A stretch of DNA of 62,441 nucleotides from Chara braunii (GCA_003427395.1 BFEA01000028.1:918662-981102); one strand, 5' to 3'; positions 49,101 to 62,441 are shown, numbered from the stretch's first letter. Numbers and translations: made by a program. The notes: a model not told the origin generated them from the letters alone.

Positions 49101-49773
49101 GATTGACTTGTTTTTTGTAATCCGGGAGAATTTTTTTTGTCCGGGTGTAGCAGCCTGAACGGATCGATGAGTTCAAATTCTTTCATCATATTATGTATCT
49201 GGGTTCCGCTCTTGTGGGATCCATTAATATTATCCTTGAAATCCGGTCCAAGTTGAGGTCCAAAGTCGTGTTCCAATCTCCTATGATGACCACCGGTTGC
49301 GGGTTGGGGATAAGAGGTCTGATGTTCTAAATGAAAATCATTCGTTCGGGTTCTGCGTTGGGTGCGTATAGGTTGAGGATTCTCAGCTCTTTGTCTTGCC
49401 ATCTTATATCTACCCATGACCATCTTCGCTCCTCACTGTCTCCTTCGCTGTTCAGGATCTGACTTTGGACATAATCTTGGACGTCCAGAAGGCACATCCC
49501 CCTGCTGTTTTCTCCACTCTAGGTTCAGGTTGGACAGATGGGTTTCTTGGAGTCGTATCATATCAGGTCTAGGATGATCTTTACCTATGAGACTGAGCCG
49601 GATATCTCTGATTTTGTCTTCCTCGGCTAAGATGTTCCCTAGCCCGTTGACATTCCAGCTGAGTATTTCGAGACCCTTGGCATGCCAGTTAGTCTTTGGT
49701 GGGCTTCCTTGCCCCTTTCTGGTCCCTGTGAGGCCAGACATTAATTGATAACTCGTTTTCCTCTTTGCTCCCC

Positions 49774-49868
<95 letters not shown>

Positions 49869-50529
49869 AATTCCCCCCCTCTACTGTTTGGTTACTTACT
49901 GACTTGTTTTTTGCAGTTCTTGTTTCTGCGTGTGTGAACCGGGTTTAATTACTGTTAGGGGTGAGGTCTTCAGTCCACTGCAGCATCGGTCTTACGGCTC
50001 TCGGTGTCCGAATCCCTGCTGTCATCCCTCGCTGATGCAGGGCCCATGCTGTATTCCCCTGCACTGCTCTCCGTCGAAGTGCGTGACACTTCGGTGCCTC
50101 CTCCAGGGGAGAACTTGTCGCCCAAAACCAGCTCATCCTCCTCTTTTTCCTCCATGTCTTCTTCTTCTACCCCCATATCCACATCAATGGGGTAGCCTCA
50201 TCTTGCAGTGAGCTCTTTGAGGTCAATAGGTGAGTTTTGTTGATGTCTGGCAAGGAGTCCGCGATGATCTGAGTCGTGCTAGGTCTGTCATTCAGCACGT
50301 TGTAATGGAGCGCTGTGATCGTGTTCCAAGCCCTCCAAGTCAGGCCTTCGCTGAGTTTTGCTTTTTCCTCGAGCTTGACCAGAAAGGTGTAAGGATCGGT
50401 GCGTCCGGGTTCTTCCCTTCAGCTGTCACCTCTCATGGAGGAACCCCATATACCCCTAGTGGGATTTCTGTTGAAACATTGTCCCTGATGCTCTTTGCCA
50501 GGGCGCTGTCGTCGTCAAGGGTGGGGATT
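46155..50529 (-). mobile_element. L1/Tx1-clade LINE copy E, 5'-truncated in the upstream ORF, with TSD and poly(A); ORF2 C-terminus deleted
   Basis: TSD gtgtttactttgaag (46140-46154 / 50530-50544) and poly-T at 46155-46175. EN motifs SWNVNGL, LQETHL and SRIDYFL; RT motifs DFEKAYDQVNW, QGDPLAP and FVDD. Confidence 0.93.
46531..49741 (-). pseudogene. LINE E ORF2 (APE endonuclease and RT), multiply frameshifted
   Basis: ORF pieces 49433..49741, 48961..49176, 48074..48610, 47451..47930 and 46531..46743. Confidence 0.9.
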
Positions 50530-52829
50530 GTGTTTACTTTGAAGTTTGAATTTACGTACGTCATCAGAAAAGGATGATATGAGTTTCTGGGTAGAGGACC
50601 AAGCAGAAGGATTGGCAGAGAAGAGTGTTTACATCCTTAGGGCATACTCACAGTAGGACTTTCCAGGAAGTATCCGACTGACATTCTGGCGACATTCAGA
50701 TGATGAAGTTACTGGTGTGGGAATGGTGTTATTGAACAATCTTTGTCTCTTCTTGAGTGTTCTGATGCAATCATGTCTGAGTACGGTTGGCAATTGACGG
50801 AAGCGTGCAGGTACATGTATGGGGATACATCGGGTGGGGTACAGCAGGGTATGAGAATAATAAGACAGCCCCACATGCTTTGCGCATTGGGGGAAGTTTC
50901 GCAGCGTGAGTGTGCACTTAGCAGCCCCCATATACTTCATGCCAACCTGTACCTGGCTGTTGGCTGAACGGCACAATTGTTGATGAAGGGGTTAAGACTC
51001 TTAAGAGTACTGACCTTCTTGCATACTCATGCAAGATTTTAGATGGAACTTGGTAATACGATCATCCTAGTAGTGCAAGTGTAGCCTTGGTAATATGAGG
51101 TGCAACTTTGGTACAATTGTCAATTGTTGGCGCTTGCCTTCCTTTATCTCTTTTTTTCCAACTGGAACATAATGTCACTGTCATTAAAACCCCCCCTCTC
51201 CTTTTTCTTTAATTCACAAAAAACTGAACATTTCTGGACTTCGTGAAAAAGCATCAAGATTCAAATTGGAATCAAGCGTTCCCTCTGACACCTCCCTCCC
51301 CCCTCTCTCCCTCCCTCCCTCCCTCCCNNNNNNNNNNNNNNNNNNNNNNNNNNNNNNNNNNNNNNNNNNNNNNNNNNNNNNNNNNNNNNNNNNNNNNNNN
51401 NNNNNNNNNNNNNNNNNNNNNNNNNNNNNNNNNNNNNNNNNNNNNNNNNNNNNNNNNNNNNNNNNNNNNNNNNNNNNNNNNNNNNNNNNNNNNNNNNNNN
51501 NNNNNNNNNNNNNNNNNNNNNNNNNNNNNNNNNNNNNNNNNNNNNNNNNNNNNNNNNNNNNNNNNNNNNNNNNNNNNNNNNNNNNNNNNNNNNNNNNNNN
51601 NNNNNNNNNNNNNNNNNNNNNNNNNNNNNNNNNNNNNNNNNNNNNNNNNNNNNNNNNNNNNNNNNNNNNNNNNNNNNNNNNNNNNNNNNNNNNNNNNNNN
51701 NNNNNNNNNNNNNNNNNNNNNNNNNNNNNNNNNNNNNNNNNNNNNNNNNNNNNNNNNNNNNNNNNNNNNNNNNNNNNNNNNNNNNNNNNNNNNNNNNNNN
51801 NNNNNNNNNNNNNNNNNNNNNNNNNNNNNNNNNNNNNNNNNNNNNNNNNNNNNNNNNNNNNNNNNNNNNNNNNNNNNNNNNNNNNNNNNNNNNNNNNNNN
51901 NNNNNNNNNNNNNNNNNNNNNNNNNNNNNNNNNNNNNNNNNNNNNNNNNNNNNNNNNNNNNNNNNNNNNNNNNNNNNNNNNNNNNNNNNNNNNNNNNNNN
52001 NNNNNNNNNNNNNNNNNNNNNNNNNNNNNNNNNNNNNNNNNNNNNNNNNNNNNNNNNNNNNNNNNNNNNNNNNNNNNNNNNNNNNNNNNNNNNNNNNNNN
52101 NNNNNNNNNNNNNNNNNNNNNNNNNNNNNNNNNNNNNNNNNNNNNNNNNNNNNNNNNNNNNNNNNNNNNNNNNNNNNNNNNNNNNNNNNNNNNNNNNNCT
52201 CTCTGTGTGTGTGTGTGTGTGATCAGCACCCTCGACTCCAGCCGCACACACAGTACTGCAACAAACAAGGATTCTTGTTTTGTCATGAATTATCTTGAAA
52301 GTTTAACATGAATTTCCTATGGTGAGATTTGCATTTATCATACAGCCTTGACTTCCTGATAGACGGATGAAGTCAGTGCCCATTGTCGGGCCCATACACA
52401 ATCATTTTATCGCCATATGGAACCGGTGTCTGCCATAGGAAGGGGTGAGTCCTGACATCGACAGGGATTCTGTTCTCCTCTTTCCTACTGTGCTTTTCAG
52501 AGGCAAACCGCAAGCGAGCAGAGGCACGTGCCTATGTCCAGCTGGCCATTTGTCTCCATCTTGGCCCGTCACCTCTTTCCAGAGGTGCATGGAAATTTGA
52601 TTTTCATAGTCTCTTCCACCAGCAGGAGACCGGCAAAATGATTCAACATTTAGAGCACACATCTACTGCTACAAATGTTCATATAACTGGTGCACGTACT
52701 AGAAAAGGGAGCAACTGGAACAGGACGCTAATAAACATCCAAATTAATGCTAAATTAATTTAATTAAAATAAAAGAATAAATTTGTAGAAAAGCCTATCA
52801 GGAAAGGAGTGAGTGCGATGTACAACAAA

Positions 52830-54110
52830 AACAACAAAAATGCTGTAATAACTATAGCAGATAGGGTATGTCAGCAGATTGTTGAGTCGTATGGAGGGGA
52901 TAGACTAATCAGTGTGATCATTAGACGCCCCGAAGACAAAGATAAGGTAGTCCACGAGGAGTACAAAATGGTCGATGGGTTAATGTTCTTGGCAAAGGTG
53001 GGTGTGGAAGACTCTGTCCTAGATGTGGAGAGCCTAAAGGGCCTAATCTTTAGGTGTGTGATGATACTGCAAAAAGGCACTTTGGATTCAAGAAGACTGA
53101 ATCTGTGACAGCAATTCTGGTGGTCAGGTATGAGACAAGATGCTCAAGCACACGTAGAAAGCTGTGAGGCTTGTTTGCCAGTGGAACAAACCTCGAACTC
53201 AGGCACCTCTAGACTTGCTGAGGCCTCTTCACCTGTAGAGGCATGCTGAAGCCTCTTCCCATGCCGTCGGGTCCGTGTGAGTAGGTCATGAATTTCAGGG
53301 ATACGTTATAATCACTAGCGTCTTCACCCGAATAGAACACCCGGTCATTATAGCCGTATTTGGTGTATTTTCCAGTCCAGATGCAGCTATAATGACCGGG
53401 CGTTCTATTCGGTTGAAGACAGTAGCATCAAGGGAATAATTATACATTTGTACTAGGTAGTACATCACTTTTCCAAGTTTGCTAGATTCATACCGCTACG
53501 GGAAATAGTAAAAGCAGAAAGAGTCATAAAGTCTTTCTTTAGCAGAAGCACCTACAACTTTGACATGCCTAAAAGGCTAAAACGATAGTGAGTGACAGAG
53601 ATGTCGGGTTCACAAGTGAACAACGACGAAAAATATACCACATAGCCATAACTTCAGGGGACCACCCTGACACAAGCACGGAGAGACTGAACAAATGAAT
53701 AGGTTAGTGCAACAGCTACCTAGGCATTTATGCCAAATCAAACTGATTGGGATAAGCATCCGTCTAGAGTGGCTAGTGCATACGATAATGCTGTTTATTT
53801 AGCGACAGGCTGGACTCCCAAGCAACTGCACCTGGAATGGAAGCCAAGGAAACTACGTCACTTCGTATGAAGAGATACTGGATTTGCCGCCTGCTACTTC
53901 AGAATTTACAATACAGTGAATACACTACATAGCATATCAAATGATCCTGTAGAAACCTGCATAGCAGCTGCAGAAAACACAACAGGAAATGATTGAACAA
54001 GCTAATAAGCACAAGACCTCGGTGATCTGGTTTAGGTTTGACTATTGGAGCTTGGTCTTGATATATGTAGAACTGCCTGTCGGGGGCAGAATGCAAGCTT
54101 GTGCCTCGCC
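52830..54110 (+). pseudogene. Highly decayed Ty3/Gypsy integrase remnant
   Basis: Manual translation across frameshifts gives HFGFKKT, FWWSGMRQD...VESCEAC, LKPLPMP, FSKFARFIP, IVSDRDVGFTS, TEQMNR and AYDNAV. Confidence 0.8.
53315..53425. mobile_element. 111-bp foldback MITE-like element inserted in the integrase remnant
   Basis: gtcttcacccgaatagaacacccggtcattatagc pairs with gctataatgaccgggcgttctattcggttgaagac; homologous to 19884-19993. Confidence 0.8.
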
Positions 54111-56260
54111 GTGACAGGGGTAGATTGCAAAGATTTCAATCCAAAAGGGCATTTCACAAACTTTTGAAATTTCAGAGGGTTATTCCGCTCTACCCACATC
54201 TGTTAGGGGTATTTTGCGATAGTCAATGCACAAAATGGCAAAATGCCTTGGATGAGCCACAAATTTTTGCCCCGCCACGCGCAGACCACATGGACCATCT
54301 GCAAATGGCTGACCAACAAAAAGCCCAAGGCATTTTGGGCTTGCAATACCATCTAGATGATCTCCAAATTGTTGCCCAGCATCCAGCACACCAGCCTGAG
54401 ATCCCCGCCAATCTCTATGGTCTAACTGCAACTAATATATGTCTTCACGTTCTCCACCGCTCGTTTTATACACTGCCCTTCTGCTTGATGTTGCTCTTCC
54501 CTGCCTCCAGCCAAAGGATTGTAATTTGTAATTATACCAGGGAAAGAGGGTTTACCATAGCTGTCCTTTAAGTACCAGTGAGGGACAGCCAACGTGAGCT
54601 AAGCAATTCTCAAGCAGGCGAGTGGTTTAAGCCGCTAGTACACGGGCCCAGCCTTGCAGAAAGTTTTTGTCGCCACAAACAAAACTCGGAGGCACCGCGC
54701 GCCCAGGCCCACCGTTGAAAAAAAAAAATTGGCGGCCTCCGAAGTGGTGCGGGTTTCATGCTGACACCCGCAGGCCGATATGTGGTGTACTGGTGCTTTA
54801 ATCCTCCATCCTACATCTCTTTCTGCATTGTACTCGGACGTGGCCATTATATATGCCTCTGACCACTGGGAGTTGTGGGACAATGGCATCATGGTCTATG
54901 CCATGACTGATTTCACTGATTTCTAATCATTTCTTACATAATGATGTTATTTTCTTGCTACACCAAACTTTCCACGATCTCTTGTGTTTTTCGAAGATCA
55001 TTCCTGTGGACCTGTGCTGCAGCAGGACAATGTACCAACACTCTGCAACCTTCTCCTTTGCGCAACTACAAACATTTCTGTAGCCGCCATCGTCTCTGTA
55101 ACAATCACTACACTATTACAATGACATGGTTTCTGCATCCATGCGTGTAGAGGATTGTCCCTCCATTCCTGGCTGCAGGCACCCTCTACATCCAGACACT
55201 ATATGTCAATTTTGCACCCATGGGCGTTATACTGAATGCATGATTTTTGTGGCACCCGTTCTTCCTTCATGTTGGCCTGCAATCGATATGCCATTTGTCA
55301 GGAGTGTATGTTGGGCATGCTAGAACGATCATGTGTAACCACGTGTTCTTGCTTGGCTGCATGTTGCAGACGTTAGTAGTCGAATGGAGGACACGTTCTC
55401 ACAACTGCGTCATTACCGTGATTGTTGCCCCTCACATATCACCAAGCAATCGGTCATAGTTCCGAGTATCAAAGACACACATCCAACCTATCGAGCTATG
55501 TCATCTTCCAGAACCCATTCAAGACATCTATCATATGCACAACTCTTAACCGCGACCCACAACCTTATACATACTCACAACTGTCTTTCACGATGCGAAT
55601 CAACACACAATTCTCATCCACGACATCGACAGAGACAACAAGCAAACTCAGCACCTCTATACACACTCACGACTGCATCATGACGCTGATCAACACACAA
55701 CTCCAAGGCGTCGACAAAGACAGCAAGATGTGTAGGAAAGAGTCCCTTCGAAAGTTGTATTAAAATAAAACATGAAGCACACAGTACCTAAAAACAAGTC
55801 ATGACGCTTAGTGCGATTGGTGCAAAGAGCAGCGTCCTACTCTCGCACCCTGGAAAAGCGCCCGATGCGTTTCTGTTGCTGCCAGTGCAGCGTCTTCAGG
55901 GGCTACACTTCGAAAAGGTAGCAATGCCAGCTGTCGTGGCAATTGTTATACTGAGAATGCTCAGCTAGGTCTTCCTTGTGTTCATCCACCTCATCCTTAC
56001 AATGTATGTCCTCTCTATCCCCAAGGAAAGACTGATTCTTGAGCCTTTTCTTATACTTTCCTTTGCTTTCAACTTCATTCCACACTCCTTACTTTCGTGT
56101 ACTTCCCCTTTGTCTTCCTTTGCCCTTTTTCTCATCTCTCGATCTCTTCTCTGTGTTTATCCCCTCCTCTTTTACTTTGCCTCTTTCTCACAACGTACAA
56201 GTGGGCCGTTATGGCACACAGGGATGCGGGCAACTCGCACTCTACTTCATCAACGTGGCA

Positions 56261-56307
<47 letters not shown>

Positions 56308-56559
56308 TGGTCACCGGCGTTCGGGACCGGCCGAACGCCCGGACCCGAACGTCCGCACGTACGGGGCCCGTCGGCCCGGCATTCGGGCCTACGCTGCCCC
56401 CGAACAGATGACTTTTTTTTTTTTTTTTTAAATAGGGGTGTGCTTGCGGAGGTCGCCCCCTGCGCCTGCGCAACTTTAAAAGGGAAAAAAAAAATTCAAA
56501 TCATCCCCTCCCCACCCACACCCCCGGTCCCGTATTTTTAAAAAAAACATTAAAGCAAC

Positions 56560-59500
56560 ATGGTGGGCCCCAGCAGCAAGCAACCATTCCACGGGAGTGG
56601 TTATAGTACATAACAAAAGGGCTAAGGCGGCAGACAAGATTAGTATCACAGAAACAAGGGTGGACGAGGAGGAGGGCAGATGGGTCAAGGTCGACTTCGA
56701 GCTGCATGAGGAACTCTACATGCTACTTTCGATTTACCGTCTGAATGGCTATCAACAAAGAATAGATATGGTCGAAAGGCTTAAGGAACTCCTGGATGGG
56801 AATAGACATTTGATTCTAGTAGGAGTCTGGAACGCCACCTTAGATCCTAGCCTAGACAAAATTTCAGGAGGCTTTAGATCAGAGGAGGAGGGCTGGACAG
56901 AAGAATCGCTACCGATTCATGGGCTAATGACGAGTTTAGAACTGATAGATCCCTATAGGTTGTATTATCCGGACGAAAGACAATTCACCTACCGCAAGAG
57001 AAACCGTAGCCAACATGTGTCGGTTTCCCGGATAGACTATTTCTTAACATCGCCAGGCATAACGGGCATGTTGCATTTAGTAAACATAGGTAGCCTACCG
57101 TACGGCCTGGGTTTAGATCACAAACCTATGCACTTGAACTTGATATCAGACAAACAAATCAATAGAGGTAAGGGATTCTACAAAATCAATAACTCCCTCC
57201 TAACAACTCGGGAAATGAGGCAGGCGGTCTTGCAAGTGTGTTAGGAACACAACCCAGATACACACTCACTCCCAGAACTGCTAACAACACTGTCTAAGGC
57301 TTCAACAATAGTGGCTAGGAGGCTGGCAACGAAGAGGAAGGAAAGGGAGGAAGAGTTGGCGCGAGCAATAGAGATAGCAGAGCGCAATACCATTAATCGG
57401 CCAGGAGATGAATTATACGAAAGAGTATTGGAGATGACAAGAGGAGAGATGGCGGATTGGCAACGGTGGAGAACGAAAGGCTTACGAATGAGAGCTAGAA
57501 TCAAGGAATGGGAGGAAAGGGAGAGAATGACCAAATTCTTCTTCCAAAAAATTAAGACTAGGGGCAGGAATAACCTCATAGAGCAATTAGAAGGGGAAGG
57601 GGGGCCTACTTCAGACAAGGAAGGGTTGTTAAGGGTGGCCTTCGACTTCTATAGCAAACTATACACATCAGTGGAAGACCAACTCTCGAAGCCTAGGGTA
57701 GAGGAGGCGAGATCAAAGTTTCTGAATTATCTACAGAACACAATATCACGAAAGCATGCGGCCACGCTGGATGAACCCTTAACACAGGAGGAGTTATGGG
57801 AGGCACTAAAAACGATGGCTCCGAATAGAACCGCAGGGAAAGATTGTCTGACCAGAGAGTTCTGGCTAGAATTCTGGTCAATATTGGGCGAAGAATACCT
57901 GTCCTTCTAGAACAGGCATGGCAGGATGAGGGCATAGGAAGCGAGCCCGCAACTGGGATAGTCACGCTGCTTTACAAAAAAGGGAGTCCAGTGGACATAC
58001 GAAATTACAGACCAATAACCTTGTTGACTCTCGCACACAAGATAGTAGCCAAGGCGCTAGCTAATCGCTTATCCAAGATCACGGCTGGTTGCTTCCATTT
58101 GGATCAAACAGGATTCATTCCGGGTAGGTTTATCCTAGACAATGTCATGTGCCTAACAAAATCGGTCCGGTATATAAGAGACAAGAGAATCAACGCTGCC
58201 ATCCTTTTTTTTGACTTCGAAAAGGCTTATGACCAGGTCAGTTGGCCTTTCTTGCAGTTGTGCATGGAAAAGATGGGGGTGGGGCCGAACTTTAGGAAAT
58301 GGATAAGGGTCTTATATAACAATGCGCGGGGACAAGTACAGGTTAACGGTCACTTATCTTCGACTTACCCGATGTCAAGATCGGTTAGGCAGGGGGACCC
58401 CTTAGCAGCTCCTATCTTTCTCTTTATAATGGAGGCAATAGCCTCCTTCCTAAGAAAAGACTCTTCAATAGAAAGATTAATAGCACCACCAGACCAGCAA
58501 GGTCACAAGGTTGAAATCCCCACGACGTTATTGTTCGCAGATGACTTGACAGTCTTAATCAGATCAACAGACTCCTCCTTCCAAGCGCTAACAAGGGCAA
58601 TGGAAGCCTTCCAACTGGCTTCAGAAATGAAAATCAATTGGCACAAAACAGTGGGGTGGTGGCTAGCTGAGCTAGATCAAGAAAATCAGATTCCGGTCAC
58701 AAGCCCGGAGGGGCTTCAATGGATGACACCACAGCAACCACTACGATACCTAGGGATCAAAATAACAGAACAGGGGGCACAGACAAATACGACATAATAC
58801 ATCCGAGCAGTACCACTTCCCAATTGGACACGACATCCAAAGCACCGCTGTATATTCTCAAACAAGGGTTACAGAAGGTAAGAGTGATAGAGATGGATGA
58901 GTTTACAGTGTACAATTCAACAGTACCAATTGAGGAGCTAGAGGTGGACCCCGGAGAATGGGCCTGGAACATTAGGGGGGGGCAATCAAGAGTAGCAAGA
59001 AGAATCAATATCCTCCAATATACCACAAAAATAGGGTATAGGTTGAGGAACAGATCCCGGTCCGTGGGACTTACTCTGCCCAAGCGCTGGGAGAAAAGAG
59101 TGGGGGTCCCCAGGAGCCAAATGCCAGACATACCGTGGTCAAGCATTCTATCTATAAGACTGGGACAGGATAGAAGTATGCAATGGCTAATAGCACACGT
59201 GGCACTGCCAGTGAATGTGTGGCTCAACGAAAGAAAAAGTCACAACCAGAGAAGCGAGGAAGCTGAGCTATGCAGAGTGTGCCAAGAAGGGCTTCCGGAA
59301 ACATTGGTGCATTGTCTGCTGGAATGTAAGGAGGTCGAGGGAATGTGGGAACAAGTCNGGGGAATTTGGAAACAGGTAGCGACGACAGCNTTCCCAGAGT
59401 CAAGAATTGCTAGGCTTTTGGGTGTTGGGGTACCCAAATGGTTGCAACCCTACCAGAGACACATCTTTCAGCTGCTGAGACAATATGGGCTGTGGACCAT

Positions 59501-61077
59501 TTGGAAGAGGAGATGTCAGACCACTATGGAAGGAACGCTAATACATAGGGAGGAAGCCAGGGAGCTGCTCCTCAATGCAGTGGAAACACATCTCAATGCG
59601 CAGTGGAAAAGGGTGAGACAGCAGGCACGGCAACAACCAGGACAAGAGGAGGAGATAATCAAAAAATTTAAACAGAATACGTTGGGTCAGGGGGCAGTAG
59701 CAGAGATCAGAGGCGTGCAACTTCACTTTAAATGGAGAGAGGAGGGAGGATAAAATCAGGGAACAGGAAGGGGGTAGGATAAAAGGAAAGAGAGGAAAAT
59801 TTCGGCAAACCAGTAAGATCCAGTGAGAAGGGGTAAACAAGAATAACTGGGATGACGACAAAGGACGAAGATTGGGGAAAAAAGGTCAGGCGGGGAGGAT
59901 AAGGCCAGAGGCGACAACTCCAGCCGGAGGATTCTGAGGCACACAGCTAAGACTAATAGGCGGACTGCATCAATGGTTAGGGTTCGGGGACCCTTTGAAA
60001 ACTGAGCTGTTCAGGCAAATGGGAGGAAAGACGGATGGGCAGAAACGAGAGGTCAAGAACAGAGGGGAGGTCCATAGGGCAGCGGGTGGGCGGGAAAGAC
60101 GGATGGGCAGAAACGAGAGGACAAGGACAGAGGGGGGGTTCGTAGGGCAGCGGTGTGGGCAGGCAGACTAAGAGGTCCGGCCAGTGAGGAAAAAGGGATT
60201 TTGAGGCAAGCCGGCAGTCAATCCTCCAATTAGGAGGAGCATTCATAAGCATTACAGTAAAGCTAAGATTAGGGTTTAGGGTTTAGGGTCTTAGCAGAAA
60301 CCATAAGACGGGGGCGAGCGCATTGGATGGGAGGATCACAGCAACTTAAGGAAAGGGAGAAGGGGAGGATTGCTAAGGGCGAACAGGGAGGATAGACAAG
60401 CTCCCTCCATAAAATAGTGATATTTGGCAAAATCTTTTCAACAGGCCTGAGAGGGAAGCGTGGGTCATGGCAAGCCGACAGACAACCCCCCACCAAGAAT
60501 GGAGTAACCAAAGCCGTTCAGGGGTCTTCCGGCCAGACGGGAGGAAGCGTGAGTACTCTGCTGAGATATTATATATTGTGACTTGCAGGTGGAAACAGGA
60601 ACCGGTCTGATGCTCTTCAGAGCAGATTACTACAGTGGTAACAACAACAAGAGTAGGGCCTAGGAAGGAGGAAGAGATAGCAGGGTGGTGGGATAAAGTA
60701 AGTCGACAGACTATTGACAACGTCTGACCTTCCAAGGGGGGGGCGAAGTAGCTCATGGAATGGACCAAGCAGGCAAAAGTCACCAGATGATTTCTTTCTA
60801 GGAATTATTGCAGCATCTGACAGACCTTTTCATCAGGCCTGAGAGGAAAGAGAGGATCTGGGCAAGCTGACAGTCAATCCTCCACTATGATGGAGCAATC
60901 AATGCTGATCAGGGGTCCTTCGGCCTGAACGGAAGGAAGCGTGAGTGAGTTCTGTCTCATGTATTATGTATTTTGACTTGCCGGGGGAATAGGAACCGGA
61001 CTGACGCTCCCCAGAATAGAAGGAGCCAGGACCATAAGGCCCTGTTATTTAAAAAAAAGAAGAAAAAAAAAAAAAAG
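56560..61077 (+). mobile_element. L1/Tx1-clade LINE copy F (same family as E), 5'-truncated in EN, with a ~1.3-kb 3' UTR and poly(A)
   Basis: EN (VGVWNATL, SRIDYFL, LDHKP), RT (NYRPITLL, DFEKAYDQVSW, QGDPLA, FADD) and zf-RVT-like CRVC...ETLVHCLLEC. A-rich tail at 61051-61077. Confidence 0.93.
56597..59753 (+). pseudogene. LINE F ORF2 with a stop, frameshifts and an internal deletion after RT
   Basis: ORFs 56597..57244, 57311..57910, 57844..58797 and 58719..59753. Confidence 0.92.
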
Positions 61078-61923
61078 TATGGTGATCACAGATTTCTTAC
61101 CTTCAACAACAGCTGCTGGGTTTTGCCCAGTTCGCGCGCAGGAAAGAATGGAAAACGCTTTTCTAAAAACACTTGAAACGGTTTTCACCTTTGCAGTAGC
61201 GGATGCAGGTATTACGGCTCGATCCCTAGACCTCACTCACCTGTGTACAGTGCCCCGTGAGTTTGATCCCGTGACCTGCGTCGTAGGAGTTTGTAGCTGT
61301 TCGTCGTAGGTCTGTGTAGTAGTCAGGTCTTGCACTGTAGATCTGTCGCATAGGGGTCAAAAGTTGTTGTAGAGGTCGTAGCTGTAGCTTCTCTGAAAGG
61401 TCAAGGTCGTCGCTGCTACAGTTCTGAAAGGTCAAGGTCATAGCTGCTACAGAAACCGAAAGGCCAAGTCTGTAGACTTCCAGAAGCTCCGGAAGCGGCC
61501 ATTCAGAGGCAAGTGGGCAAGTGGGCAAGTGGTGAGTCTGACCGTGCTGAGTCAGCGGTACCAGTCCCAGTCGCACTTAGTCCAGTCAGCAAGTACCATG
61601 TGGGACTGTGTGCGCCAAGGGCCCGGTGGAAAAGGGCAGACCAGCGTCCAACAGAAGTATAAATCAAGAGGCAGCGTCCAGCGATTCATTGATTCCGCTG
61701 TGCGCCATGCAGAAGCGCTGCCCGAGCGTTTGTGCGAGGTGGTCTGCAGGAAGCCCGAAGACGAAGTTCCGCATAGAAAGATGGAAGAGCTTCGCTGTCT
61801 AAGAGCGCAACGGAGGTTCACAGGTTCTGCTACAGTAACTGCTGTACTCCACTCATGCCACGGTGACTTCTACAGTGTTGTTCATAACCCTTGGTGCCAC
61901 GGAGGTTCATACGAACGGAGTTC

Positions 61924-61980
61924 AAGAAGAAGAAGAAGAAGAAGAAGAAGAAGAAGAAGAAGAAGAAGAAGAAGAAGAAG
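61924..61980. repeat. (AAG)n microsatellite
   Basis: Directly visible. Confidence 0.97.
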
Positions 61981-62349
61981 GGGGAGGCTGACGAGAAGGG
62001 GGAGGCTGACGAGAAAGCGAAGAGGAGGGGGAGGAGGAGGAGGAAGTAGTCGAGGGGTAGGAGGAGGAGGAGGCGGACGAGAAAGCCGAAGAGGAGGGGG
62101 AACTTGAAGAGGAGGAGGAAATGTCGAGGAGGATTGAGGATGGGGTAAAGGCAAGTAGAAGGGAGGGAGGCACAGGGAGGAGACGACTAACGTTCTTAAG
62201 TCGTTTTCTTCTTCGTTTTGCGTTTCTCTCACCTTTTTTTTTGTTTTCAATTCTTGCGTCGTTTTCTTCTTCGTTTTGCGTTTTCTCCCTCTGGATTCCA
62301 AGCTAGAACGACGACGATGACGATAGAGGAGCGAGAACGAGCAAGTAGC

Positions 62350-62353
<4 letters not shown>

Positions 62354-62441
<88 letters not shown>
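62354..62441. repeat. (GA)n microsatellite
   Basis: Directly visible to the end of the window. Confidence 0.98.

Noticed and set aside
54120-56000. Possible host exons, including an RRM-like phrase PEDAALAATE at ~55850-55910 (minus)
   Set aside because: No consistent frame, splice structure or recognisable domain could be established.
56308-56560. GC-rich possible DNA-transposon end (accggcgttcggg...)
   Set aside because: No partner TIR or TSD was found in the window.
60832-60855. CTGAGAG-GAAA hammerhead-like core in the LINE F UTR
   Set aside because: There is no stem II and the core deviates from CUGANGA.

Overview
Repeat-saturated eukaryotic scaffold with four N gaps and no convincing intact host gene. 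The element mix and plant-type U6 and telomere motifs suggest a green-plant lineage, possibly a streptophyte alga such as Chara (inference only). It holds at least five decayed L1/Tx1-clade LINE ORF2 copies, a LINE ORF1 remnant, a chromodomain Ty3/Gypsy pol and a second Gypsy integrase remnant. It also holds several non-autonomous DNA transposons with verifiable TIRs and TSDs (two hAT-like, one PIF/Harbinger-like, one TTAA-flanked), a ~110-bp foldback family, and many mini- and microsatellites. The most striking object is a ~6.9-kb element (27344-34276) with 180-bp TIRs, TGTC...GACA ends and a 4-bp CCGG-type TSD, i.e. a Ginger1-like signature. It splits a LINE endonuclease in frame. It carries a tandem dimer of a ~236-nt structured module, each unit ending in the 3' half of U6 snRNA.
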